Part shown: in pieces, positions 10,001 through 19,303 of the stretch | Numbering within the stretch: position 1 is the stretch's first letter | Layout of the letters: each line of letters starts with the position of its first letter | DNA from: Salisapilia sapeloensis CBS 127946 | Taxonomy: Eukaryota > Protista > Oomycota | Direction of reading: 5' to 3' | NCBI GenBank assembly: GCA_023334545.1 | Contig: JAADVB010000174.1 | Location: 1 to 40,352, forward strand | DNA length: 40,352 nucleotides | Translations under genes and position numbers: made by a program | Notes under the pieces: generated by a model | Database searches by the model: none | Told to the model about the DNA's origin: nothing | Seen by the model: only the letters and a program-made list of their open reading frames with translations

Positions 10001-13000
10001 GACGGCCAGCACTTGATGCCAGACGTCCACGACCTTTTTACACCCGCCTAGTCGACTGTTCCACATGTTGACCATGTGCTGCTTGTATGCGAGCGCCTGG
10101 TCCTGCTTGTCTGCTTGTTGCGCGAGTTTCTTGTACTCGACAATCTCCTGCAGTTCACTCAGTTGCTGGAGCGTCACGACGGATCGATAGGCTCGAGAGT
10201 AGGACTCACCTACGAGTGCACCGAGCTTGGCGTCAAGAGACTGGCGCGCTTCGTCAATGAGGCTCTCTGCGTGCGAGAACTCGTTTCGATGGACCGCCAG
10301 GACAGACCTGTACAGGTGCACTTGCGTGAGCGACTCGTCGGACGGGAGGTCGTCCAAGACAGACGATGAGGACGGCGTGACTTCCGCCACGTATGCCTCC
10401 ATCTTGTCCCAATGCGAGAGCCACCAACTCGCTCGAGCGCCGAGCATGGCTACTTTCTTGAGAGGAGACGTCTGTCGCTCTTTCTCCGAGTCTTTGGATC
10501 GACTCTGCTTCCCCCGCGTGTACGTCGCGAAAGCTCCTTCTCGACGTTGACTATGTGCCTTGGAAGTGGATCGAAGGTGCTGCCAGAGCTTTTCTGCCGT
10601 GGCTGCTAGATCCTCCCACTGCCCCAGTGCTTCGAGACATCGCATCTTGCCCATATGCGCATCGACATCCATACTCTCCTTCTCTTGAGCGATGCGCTTT
10701 TCATACAGTTCCAGTGCTGTCTGATACTCTCGTAGCTTTTCAAACCACGTCTCATGCACTTCTAGACGTCGTCCGTATCGTTGTTGGGCGAACTTTAGTA
10801 TCCCGACAGCAGCTTCTGGGAGTCCGAGTTGATTGTTCGTGGCAATGAGCTCTTCTAAGTGCGCTGGAGGAGCGAGTTGATGGAACTCTAGCTCTTTATA
10901 ATGCAAAGCCTTGGCATACGCATGACATCGCTGGGCTAGTCTCGCGAGTTCCCAGACTTCAATCGGCAGCGATTCAAAGTCATGCTCCATGAACTCTGCT
11001 AGATTCAATAACGTCTGGAGGATCTCCGCAGGGACGGTCGGGTTCCGAAAGGCTGTCTTTAACGCTACGACGAGATAGTCTCGATGGTCGTCGTAGAGCT
11101 CAGACCAGCAGGAGACAAAGGCAGAGTTGAAGAGAGCCATTGCGAGGGGATTGTACACTTGTGCGAGGGAGCAGCAGGCTCGTAAGGCTGGAGAAGGAGA
11201 TTCACGCAAGAGTTCGATGGAAAAGCGACGCATCCACTCGAGCCAGTCTTCCTTGGTACTCCGCTGCGACGCCTCCCAAGCTCTCCGCAGGTTTTGCTGA
11301 TTCACGTGCGGCCTCGCAGTGGCTGCGACAGGCCCCGCTGCAGCTCCTCCTTTCGAAGCTTCGACTTCGCTCTGGAGTTTCTGGACGTTTGAACGAAGGA
11401 ACGCTCGGTCATGCAGGATGGACGGAGGGACGGCTTGTCCTTTCCGAAGCGAGTCGACTGCCTGGAGGACGACTTGAACCATGCCATCGATGACATCGAC
11501 GTGACTGGATGAGTGTGGGAGGGAAGACAAGAGCTGCTGGACGAGCGGCTGGAAGTTCAGGAATTCGTGCTGGAGTTGGAAGGCAAGAGCGCAGAGTGCA
11601 AAGAGAACGACTTCGGAGAGTTGGTTGAGAGCTGTTGCAGACGAGGGAGACGCCTGGCGCTTAACGACTCGTGCCAGAGGCTGGAGGATGCGTGGACCGG
11701 CGTAGTGCTCAAAGGTGGCGACGGCGCTGAGTCTCGCGAGAGCGTAGATGGTCGTCGTCTGGACGTGGAGAGACGTCTCCGGCGCTTCGAGTAGACTCAC
11801 GAGCGCCGGGACGAGCAGATAGACATAGTCCTGAACGGCATCTCCAAAGACGATGATGGCTTGGACCAGCAGTACTTGCAGGTGCGCGCGTTCCGGCGTC
11901 GCGTGCGCCGTCTGCGGTCTGTCCTTTGGCGTCTGGAGCGCAACGGAGACGACGCCAGTGATGTCAGCAATGTCCAAGAGTTCCGGATGCGGCTCCAGCA
12001 CTTGCAAGATACGCGGGAGGAACTGCGGGAGATAGTCTGCTCGAAAGTCCGCGGGTGCAGCCGTCGCAATGTGTTCTAGCAGTCGAACGATGTGGCTCAT
12101 GTGTGCATCCCAGAAACGTAGTGCGAGCATGACGATGGAAGGGAAGAACGGACGCATGTGTGTCCCGACGATCGCGACGAGGTTTGTTAGTTGGAGGAAG
12201 AGCGATTCGCGCAGTCGTTGCTCACCTTTCGCCAGGACTTTGAGAAAAGGTGGGAGGATGTACTTTAGGAAGGGAACACAACGCGTGGAGAGACTTTTGA
12301 AGATGAACATGATGGCCTGGATGACACCATGGTGATGGGCACCGAGGCTCGGGTCCTTGAGGATCCGGAGGAGAGCGTGGATAGCGACTGTTGGAAAGTA
12401 GCTGTCGTCTGTAGGCGACAGGTCCGTCGGGTCGAGCTCTGCGTTGCTTTCCGGAAGCACCTTTTCAAAATCTTCGAGCGAGTCGGAGGACGCAGCAGTG
12501 TCTTGACTCGAGTCAGCAGAGCGCGTGCCGATCGGAGCAGCCGTGAAGAGCTGGAGTTCAATCTGCTGCTTCTCGTCCAACATCTCGTCTGCGTTCTCCA
12601 TCTTGAAAGCAGCCAAGTCGAGGCATACACCAAGGTTCTCTAGCTGCTCTTCTAGTGCTGGCACATCCATGTGACTCGCGTTCTCTTCCTTCTCTTTTTT
12701 CAGCTCTAGACGAGACCGGACGCTCGACTTGCTTGTGCACAGACTGAACTTGTACGGATCTAAAGCGCCTAGTACGCCAATGGTCTTCATCGCGTCTCGA
12801 CGGAGAGGCCAGGGCGTCGCGGCAGTGTGTTGGATCATCTTGAGCAGAGTCCCGAGGAGCGTAGGAGACGACAGGTACGGCCGGACGACGTTCCCAGTGC
12901 TCTCTGCGACTTGAGCAAGTGTCCGAAGAGCTGTCTGTCGTTTGTCCAGACCTACGTGTTCCTGCAGCATGTCGATGACGAGAGGGAAGACATAGTGTTC

Positions 13001-15289
13001 GTACGGAGATAGTTGTGTTCTCGCCACGGCAGACAGTTCTCCAACGGTCACTAGCACGGCATTCGCAAGCGACGTCTCTGCGAAGCGTACGAGGTTTGGT
13101 AGAAGGACCTGGAGGAGTCGGACCATATATGGATCCACGAGTCGTTGTCCAGCACGTACGAGAGAGCCGAGTAGTCTCGTGCTTTCTTCTCGAATGCGCA
13201 TGTCGGATGTATGCTGCAGCTCGGTTAGGAGCTGAATGAGCAGTCGACGTAGAGGAGGGAGAACAAAGGCCGGGTTCTTGTCTGCGACACGACCGATGAG
13301 TCCCATGGCCGTGTCTCGAATGTCTGCGACCTCGTCGTTGAGAAAGGTGAAGAGCTGAGTGAGATGACTCTCTTGACTCAGCACCTGGTCGAAGCGAGGA
13401 CACAGGGCTTGGAGGACGCTCCGACGAACACGTGCCTCTGGGTCGGAGATGCCGACCGTCAGGACTTGCGTCAAGACGACGTCTGTCACTTGAGCGCTCG
13501 GTCCACGTCGTACGACAGCTTGGGACTTGGGTGGTAAGAGGAGCTGGCAGCACGTGACGACGGCTTGGTCTCGGATCCGAGCGTCTGGATGCGAGAGGTA
13601 GAGTGCGATGCCGTCACGTACGAAGGCTAGGAGAGAAAAGTGGTCGCTAAAGTCAAAGCCTCCAAGCGCTCGGAGGGAGAGGAGGATGCGTTGGACGTCG
13701 TTGATGCTATCTCCCTTGAGGAGTTTATTCGGAGCAGACGGGACGAGTGGCATGGTGGATGGAGCCGACCCGGTGGACGACAGGAGTGTCCATATCTCTC
13801 GCAAAAGACGCTCCTGGATGTATGCGAGGGCCGGGGGAACGTATGACGCGACGTCACCTAGAGACTGTATGAGTGCATCGGATAGACCTGTCTGGACCAT
13901 GGCTTCCACGAGTCCATGTGGACCAGGGAGGAAGCGATGGATACGGTCGCCGGATGCTTGCGCTAACTGGCTGATGCACTCGAGTGTCTGGAGCAGACAT
14001 GGTTGATGTCGAGAGCGTTTCTTATGGCGACGAGAGTAGAGCGAGAGGCTGTCGAGAAGCAAGTGGATAAGGTCGTCCATACGAGACGCTAGTGCTTCTC
14101 CTCCCACTGCTAGCGACAATTTTCCTAACGCCGCTAAAGTCGTCCCGCGTTCATCTAACGAGTTCGTGTGGAGACTTACGCGTCGTAAGAGGTGGGCGAG
14201 AGACGTGTCGAGGTACTGATGGACGAATGCGCCCGGACAGAATGCTGCGAGCTGAGGTAATAAGAGACATACGCTTCGATTCACGAGGGTGTTCTTGTCG
14301 TCTTTGAACATGAGCACGACGTCACAGACTTCCCGGAATCGAGGCAGCATGAAACCTCCAGTCGTGTGCAGCATCTCACCGAGGACGAGGAGAGAGCCAT
14401 GGACGCTCTCGGGACTCACTTGCGTACTGACCGACAGCGTGGACGAGGCAGAGGACGAGAGCGTGCGTTGACGAGGCTGCGGCTTGTCGCCTGTTAGCGC
14501 CTCAAAGACATGGTCGTACACTTGGCAGTACCACTGCACACGGTGTCTCGCACGTCGATGGGCGATGAGCTCGAGACACGCAGACACGGCACTTGTCGCA
14601 GCCTCTCGGATCTCCGTCCGAGGGTCTCGCACGGCGCCCCAAATGGACTGGAAGAAAGTCGGGAGATGGACGTGGAAGAGCGTCGCGGCGGATAGAGCAA
14701 GTTCACGCAGGACAAAGCATGCTGCGAGACGCCGTTGGTTGTATACCGCATCATGACGTTCGATCTGGAGCCACTCGAACGCTCTTGTGATCTCAAAGTC
14801 GACGGACGCCGCGACGATGGTACCACTGACGCCGCTCGTGGAGCGAGAGAGGTTGCTCGATGAGTCTAACGGAGCAGCGGATGTGGATGGAGACGAAGAG
14901 GCTAGTTTACCCAGTGCTTTCGATGCTGCCAAGAGCGCTGGTGTCGTCGCATAGGCGTGAGCAAAAAAGTTGCGGAGGTAGTTGGCGAAACGTATGATCT
15001 GCGCTTCCGATGCGAGTTCAATGAGACTATTGAGTGCTGCTAAAGCACCGAGTTGGTCTAACTCACTCTTGGATTGCAATAAAGATGCGATCTTGGGTAG
15101 CAGCGCTTCATGAATCTCTGCAAGAGGTTCTGCGGCGTGGGGAGCTAGTTGGCGAGAGAGCAAGTGGACGACTGTAACGAGCTCCTCAGCACGTTTTTGA
15201 CGATCGGAGGCACTCTTGACGGACAAGTGGGCAACGAGACGTTGTACGACCGTCTCAATGTGCTCCTTATCAGACGCTGGCGCCTGCAT
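7040..15289 (-). CDS. TOR: Target of rapamycin (TOR) PIKK kinase, 2749 aa, single exon
   Basis: N-terminal HEAT repeats; FAT (CHAYAKALHYKELEF); FRB (ILWHEMWHEGLDEASRLYF...AWDLYYHVFRRI); kinase (LLKGHEDLRQDE, GLGDRHPSN, HIDFGDCFEVA, PFRLTRM); FATC ending LCQCYIGWCPFW. Confidence 0.98.
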   Translation of the reverse strand: MQAPASDKEHIETVVQRLVAHLSVKSASDRQKRAEELVTVVHLLSRQLAPHAAEPLAEIHEALLPKIASLLQSKSELDQLGALAALNSLIELASEAQIIRFANYLRNFFAHAYATTPALLAASKALGKLASSSPSTSAAPLDSSSNLSRSTSGVSGTIVAASVDFEITRAFEWLQIERHDAVYNQRRLAACFVLRELALSAATLFHVHLPTFFQSIWGAVRDPRTEIREAATSAVSACLELIAHRRARHRVQWYCQVYDHVFEALTGDKPQPRQRTLSSSASSTLSVSTQVSPESVHGSLLVLGEMLHTTGGFMLPRFREVCDVVLMFKDDKNTLVNRSVCLLLPQLAAFCPGAFVHQYLDTSLAHLLRRVSLHTNSLDERGTTLAALGKLSLAVGGEALASRMDDLIHLLLDSLSLYSRRHKKRSRHQPCLLQTLECISQLAQASGDRIHRFLPGPHGLVEAMVQTGLSDALIQSLGDVASYVPPALAYIQERLLREIWTLLSSTGSAPSTMPLVPSAPNKLLKGDSINDVQRILLSLRALGGFDFSDHFSLLAFVRDGIALYLSHPDARIRDQAVVTCCQLLLPPKSQAVVRRGPSAQVTDVVLTQVLTVGISDPEARVRRSVLQALCPRFDQVLSQESHLTQLFTFLNDEVADIRDTAMGLIGRVADKNPAFVLPPLRRLLIQLLTELQHTSDMRIREESTRLLGSLVRAGQRLVDPYMVRLLQVLLPNLVRFAETSLANAVLVTVGELSAVARTQLSPYEHYVFPLVIDMLQEHVGLDKRQTALRTLAQVAESTGNVVRPYLSSPTLLGTLLKMIQHTAATPWPLRRDAMKTIGVLGALDPYKFSLCTSKSSVRSRLELKKEKEENASHMDVPALEEQLENLGVCLDLAAFKMENADEMLDEKQQIELQLFTAAPIGTRSADSSQDTAASSDSLEDFEKVLPESNAELDPTDLSPTDDSYFPTVAIHALLRILKDPSLGAHHHGVIQAIMFIFKSLSTRCVPFLKYILPPFLKVLAKGEQRLRESLFLQLTNLVAIVGTHMRPFFPSIVMLALRFWDAHMSHIVRLLEHIATAAPADFRADYLPQFLPRILQVLEPHPELLDIADITGVVSVALQTPKDRPQTAHATPERAHLQVLLVQAIIVFGDAVQDYVYLLVPALVSLLEAPETSLHVQTTTIYALARLSAVATFEHYAGPRILQPLARVVKRQASPSSATALNQLSEVVLFALCALAFQLQHEFLNFQPLVQQLLSSLPHSSSHVDVIDGMVQVVLQAVDSLRKGQAVPPSILHDRAFLRSNVQKLQSEVEASKGGAAAGPVAATARPHVNQQNLRRAWEASQRSTKEDWLEWMRRFSIELLRESPSPALRACCSLAQVYNPLAMALFNSAFVSCWSELYDDHRDYLVVALKTAFRNPTVPAEILQTLLNLAEFMEHDFESLPIEVWELARLAQRCHAYAKALHYKELEFHQLAPPAHLEELIATNNQLGLPEAAVGILKFAQQRYGRRLEVHETWFEKLREYQTALELYEKRIAQEKESMDVDAHMGKMRCLEALGQWEDLAATAEKLWQHLRSTSKAHSQRREGAFATYTRGKQSRSKDSEKERQTSPLKKVAMLGARASWWLSHWDKMEAYVAEVTPSSSSVLDDLPSDESLTQVHLYRSVLAVHRNEFSHAESLIDEARQSLDAKLGALVGESYSRAYRSVVTLQQLSELQEIVEYKKLAQQADKQDQALAYKQHMVNMWNSRLGGCKKVVDVWHQVLAVRSLVLPAQEDVDTWLEFASLCRRSDNLALSFRVFTHALGVTSGKETSHAVPISDLISGSNISPSIITYGEQERHRVAFAYLKQLWAIGDKSLAISELQSLLSQVSSVYRRQSQETRPELLVKCQLKMAEWQLAFHEQQLERVSVPNILSSLKSCTELEPRSYKAWHAFALMNFHVVEYYNKDPRASLQLSSTNRSSGVAPFIAPAMHGFFRSIALGRNRWAANVQQDILRVLTLWIAHGHRPDVQQVLTEGFQSVSIETWLIVIPQLIARIQTPNVAIQKQLHTLLTAIGAHHPHALIYPLSVALKSPLEGRQQAAETIMNAMRRDYVELVDQALLVSRELIRVAILWHEMWHEGLDEASRLYFGEEHDVDAMVDVLLPLHDMMEQGPETLREHSFQQTFGRELREAGDYLHEFLANRSRNEAQLNRAWDLYYHVFRRITKQLQQLTTLELQYVSPSLLQATNLTLAVPGTYRAGHDLVTIRKFHPTIQVIASKQRPRRITMAGSNGYDYMFLLKGHEDLRQDERVTQLFGLVNALLINDPRTAKKELKIHRFPVIPLSHNVGIIGWVPHCDTLHQLIRDYREARKVLLNIEHRLMQQMAPHYDALTLLQKVEVFEFALENTAGQDLYNVLWLKSQNSEVWLDRRTTYTRSLAVMSMVGYMLGLGDRHPSNLMLHRFSGTIVHIDFGDCFEVAMHRDKYPEKIPFRLTRMLVSAMEASGIEGNFRFSCERVMQVLRENRHSLMAMLEAFVHDPLIRWRLLTPTSVSPTDVKDEKPRPTKRSDSITLPPKQSEQETDAVPRSMPTREEKRGKEEAKPPRPPLPPRPTNSNARPRSMSQSIPVHGAPKDTEDEEEDVPMEEVDHSQTNLHHEMSALAASLSSVGQGSLRHAMSQHEDAPTKSGVHAIRSHRERELMQAVGPEGSEAPREALNERAVAVIRRVQAKLTGRDFDKDKEPLDVPAQVDRLIHQATSHENLCQCYIGWCPFW

Positions 15290-15514
15290 CTTGGGCCAAT
15301 ACCTCCTGGAGCAGTCGAAATGATAATGATGGTGCAGGTTTGACCGAATACAAGATCTGTACTACTAGAGCTATTCCAGGTGAACGAACGATTGTAGAAA
15401 TAAAAGAGCTGCTAGTATACAAGATCAGTAGAGGAATAATTAGTTTTGTTCTAACTGCTTTTGATAAATATAAGAGCGACCTAGAGTCAGGTAATAACGT
15501 TGGGAGCATACAGT

Positions 15515-17067
15515 ATGCGCGGTATTGTGCTCTTCCTCTTGTTCCTGGCACAGGTACAAGCGCTCGTGCAGTATTGGGACTTTGAGGAAGAAGACAGAGA
15601 TGCTTTCTTCATTGAACGCTTTGGGTTTCAAGACGGTGGACAATTGGACCTTGGTGTAAGAGGCGTCAAGTATGTGATGAACGGACAGGAGAAGACCGTG
15701 ACGGCAGGCACACAGGCAAATGCAGTGCGTGCTGGCATCATTGGTGCCCAGGTACGAGGTGTATGCATGCGGGAGGCGTGTATTGTACTCATATAGTGGA
15801 TAGGGAGGAGATATGTTCGAGGTCATGGACCGACTGCATGATCTGAAGCGCCAAGAGACGTGTCTACTAGACGATGATGCGCTCCAGGAGCTACCAAATG
15901 CTCGCATCTACATCAATCTAATGGACCCAGCCACTTGGTCTGTGCTATACAACCCACATCTACTAACGAGATGCTGACGGAGTAGTCGTAGGCAGCTGAA
16001 CGAAACGATCGCCAAGGACAAGACGGCCTATGCTCCTGGCTTTTACTACTTTCTCTACGCTCAGTGTAGTCATGAGCCAACACGACTCTCCTTCGAGATG
16101 GCAGCCAAGTTCCAGAATGGCGCGACCAACTTTTTATCGACAGGAGACGCTGCTCTCCCGACCGTCTACCTTGTCGCCAGTCTCTCGTTTCTCTTAGCAG
16201 CCATCGCCTGGGGTGTTCATCTCCATAAACAATCCATCCATGTACCTTATTCAATAGAGCAAAGCGTCTAGAAGTATACTTATCCTGGTCTAGGTCCAAG
16301 GCATGCATCACTTGATGACAGCACTCGTGGTCCTCAAGTCTGCGAATCTCCTGGCAAAAGCCTTGCGCCTGCAGTACATGAAGACCTATGGGGACGACTT
16401 GACGTCTTGGAGCGTCGTCTTGTACGTCCTAACGGCCATCAAAGGCGCGTTGCTCTTCACCGTCCTCCTGCTGCTAGGCTCTGGATGGTCCCACTTACGT
16501 CCGCATCTGTCCGTTCGAGACACGCGCATCCTTTCCGTCGTTTTGCTCTTCCAAACCTTTAGCGGCATCTTTCGTGCGACGATCGATGACACGGATGATG
16601 TCGGGACGGAGGCATCTATGCGCTGGCACTTGCTACTACATGTCCTAGATCTTGCTTGTTGCGTCCTCGTCTTCTTGCCACTCCTCGATTCGATCCATCG
16701 CATGCGTCTCGCAGCCGCGACGGATGGTAAGACGCACGTGAATCTCCAGAAACTCCGTCAGTTCCGAAACTACTACGGTCTGCTCCTCTTATACGTGTAC
16801 ACAACTCGTCTCGCAGTCTACTTTGTCGACTCACAGCTGTCGTTCATGTGGACTTGGGTGGCGCCGGCCGTGACGGAAGGTGCGACGCTGGCGTTTTACC
16901 TCCTGACGGCCTACCAGTTCCGTCCGCGAGATCAGAATCCATATCTCAGTGTCCCGACTCGAGTGGATGATTTGAATGAGTTTGATATGGACGATGACGT
17001 CGTTCAACAAGAAGCGAGTGACTTGGAGTTTGGTGATGGTAGGAGACGACAGATTGAACGTGAATAA
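15515..17067 (+). CDS. GPR107: GPR107/GPR108 (lung seven-transmembrane receptor, GOST family) protein, 464 aa
   Basis: join(15515..15751,15804..15937,15992..16241,16294..17067); introns 52, 54 (TACTAAC branch), 52 nt. Signal peptide, luminal domain (PGFYYFLYAQC; FLSTGDAALPTVY), then 7 TM (MHHLMTALVVLK; LLLGSGWS; DLACCVLVFLP; NLQKLRQFRNYY; AYQFRPRDQNPYL). Confidence 0.88.
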
Positions 17068-17410
17068 AGGCATTTTGTTTCATGCGACGGAGGGGCGTCT
17101 ATCGATCCGTTTGTATTTATAGAACGATCTGAGAATGGAATGGAAATCGTTCGACTAGATGGAAAATTTAACACACTTCTTCTTCTAAATGCACAAGGGT
17201 GGATTGGAAAGAGAGATGATAGAGAGATGGGAAGAGATAAATCATCCTGGGTACATCTACTTGGACCATCCATCCAGCCGGTGGTACGAAAGATATGTGA
17301 ATGTCCCACGTGCTTGAAGTTGTTTGACAAATAATTGGGAGAAGACAGATCGATCTTGAAAGGGTGGACGGTTTCAGATCCGCCGCGATGGGCGGTCACG
17401 TTCGTGGCTT

Positions 17411-17426
17411 CCATTCTCCGATTTGC
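17411..17426 (+). promoter_or_regulatory. INR/FPR-like core promoter of FYVE-like gene
   Basis: CCATTCTCCGATTTGC about 55 nt upstream of ATG 17478. Confidence 0.45.
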
Positions 17427-17477
17427 CGTCTCCCCCTCTGGTCCAACCCGACCTGATTCATTCTCTCATCTCGTATC

Positions 17478-18512
17478 ATGCGTACTGGTACACAGCTAGC
17501 GGTTATCTTGGACAATTCGACCGACAAGGAACGTCGGAAGGAGGAAAAGCGTCGACTGAAGGAGGAAAAGCAGAATCAGAAGCGAGCCGATAAAGAACGC
17601 AAGGCGGCCGAAAAGCAGCAGAAGAAGATGGAGAAGGAGGCGGACAAGCGTCGGAAGAATGAGGAGAAGGCGGTGGCCAAGGCTCGTGACGATGATGCCA
17701 AAGAGGAGAATCGGCGGTTCCAGGAGGAGGAAAAGGAACGCAAGAGGCGTGCCAAGGCGGCTGAAAAGGAGCGTAAGAAGGAGGCCAAAAAGGAGGCCAA
17801 GGCCTTGCAACAACAGCAAAAGGAAGAGAAGAAGGAGATGGAGCGACTGGCCAAGGAGCAGCACCAGGCCGAAAAGGAGCGGACGCATGAGGCCAAGAAA
17901 CAACTGCGCAAGGAACGCAAGGTCCGTAACCAGCGAGCTCGTCGTCGCCGTCGTCTCCGCCGCCGTTTGGCGAGACAAAACCGAAGTACGGACGAACCGA
18001 TTGTGGAAACGAGCGACAATCCGCTCGTGCTTCCCCCCGAGTTCCAGAAGCGACCCCACTGCTCCTCGTGCCTTATGCGTTTCCGCCACTTGCCAAAGCG
18101 TGGACGTAGCCACTGCCGTAGCTGCGGCGATAGCTTCTGCCAGCAGTGTCTGAGCAAGAATCAGCATCCGATGCCGTGGTACGGCCTACCAAAGCCGCAG
18201 AAGGTGTGCACTGCGTGTGACGCTGCGTCCTTTGGCAATGCCGACGGCGCCGAACAAGTGGCCGAGAGCTCGAACCCGGTGTCGTCGACGACGGAGAGCG
18301 CGGCGTCTAGTTCGAGAAGCAGTCGTCCAGGATCGTGGAAGAAGGCTCGGTCGCTCAAGCGAGCGCTGTCGCTTCCCATTCGCCCATTGTTGCGTCGTAA
18401 GGAGAGCAAGCAAATGCGCAACCGGGCGTTAGATGCTGATTTACGTACGCTGAAGAATCTACTGAATCCCAAGAGCTCGGAGGCGATTGATCTGTCGACC
18501 CAGGCTGCGTAA
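17478..18512 (+). CDS. K/E/R-rich coiled-coil protein with atypical FYVE zinc finger, 344 aa
   Basis: Eight-Cys finger HCSSCLMRF...RGRSHCRSCGDSFCQQC...KVCTAC has FYVE spacing, preceded by about 170 aa of charged coiled coil. Confidence 0.85.
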   Translation: MRTGTQLAVILDNSTDKERRKEEKRRLKEEKQNQKRADKERKAAEKQQKKMEKEADKRRKNEEKAVAKARDDDAKEENRRFQEEEKERKRRAKAAEKERKKEAKKEAKALQQQQKEEKKEMERLAKEQHQAEKERTHEAKKQLRKERKVRNQRARRRRRLRRRLARQNRSTDEPIVETSDNPLVLPPEFQKRPHCSSCLMRFRHLPKRGRSHCRSCGDSFCQQCLSKNQHPMPWYGLPKPQKVCTACDAASFGNADGAEQVAESSNPVSSTTESAASSSRSSRPGSWKKARSLKRALSLPIRPLLRRKESKQMRNRALDADLRTLKNLLNPKSSEAIDLSTQAA

Positions 18513-19303
18513 GAGAAGAGACTAGGATGAATTAAGCAATGCATACGTTTGATTTGCGTCTACTCGCACGTGTAGTGGATGGTTGAATGGACTGATTTAT
18601 AAGGATACGCGATATGGGAAGTGCTCTTGATCTCTTGTTTGCCTTATCAATAGTTGGATCAGAGTGTAGATACATGCTTTGCCTACTGTTGGTAGTGACT
18701 TCCTGAGATATGCTTTTGCCTTACTAGCTAGGGGATACGGACGTTTTGGACGGGTGTAGAAGCGCTTGGCAAAGCGACTGCTCTCTCTTCCCGCAGACAT
18801 GCCTCATCTGACAAGTGATCTTATGAATGTCTTCAAAATCAGATCATCTCGATCGAACGAAGCGATGGAGGACGCAGACAGTGATAGCAGGCCAAGTCGA
18901 TGACAGAAAGCATCTTTCGCTACGATATCATTATTCATGTTTCGATTCGTGTCGAATATCATTAAGAGGCACAACGGATGACGAACCGTTGCAACCTTTC
19001 AAGTTGCGGAAACTTCATTAAGTATCGACTTTGTATCCATCCTGTCCTATTCAACATCTATATTCTCTTTGTTTCTGCATTCGATCTCGCTTGTGGACAC
19101 TTGTCTACCACGACGACGACTTGAGGCTTGCTAAGAAATTCAGATGGAAGTTTGTATTCAAAATGAAAGCTCTACTTGCGTCTAGAAATCTAGGAAGGAA
19201 TTCGGATCTCGGCTGTAGGACCCCCTAATAGGTATCTGCACTTGGGTGGCGGCCGCATCTTCAAAATTGGAAATGCAAATGAAAAACATGGTAAAAATCA
19301 AAT

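Noticed and set aside
12558-13553. 331-aa alternative-frame ORF and many other short ORFs within TOR
   Set aside because: Arg/Ser-rich off-frame reads nested in a fully conserved single-exon gene.
17496-18167. Hydrophobic antisense ORFs (223 and 193 aa) opposite the FYVE gene
   Set aside because: Reverse complement of AAG/GAG-rich coiled-coil codons gives Leu/Phe/Ser runs; an artefact.
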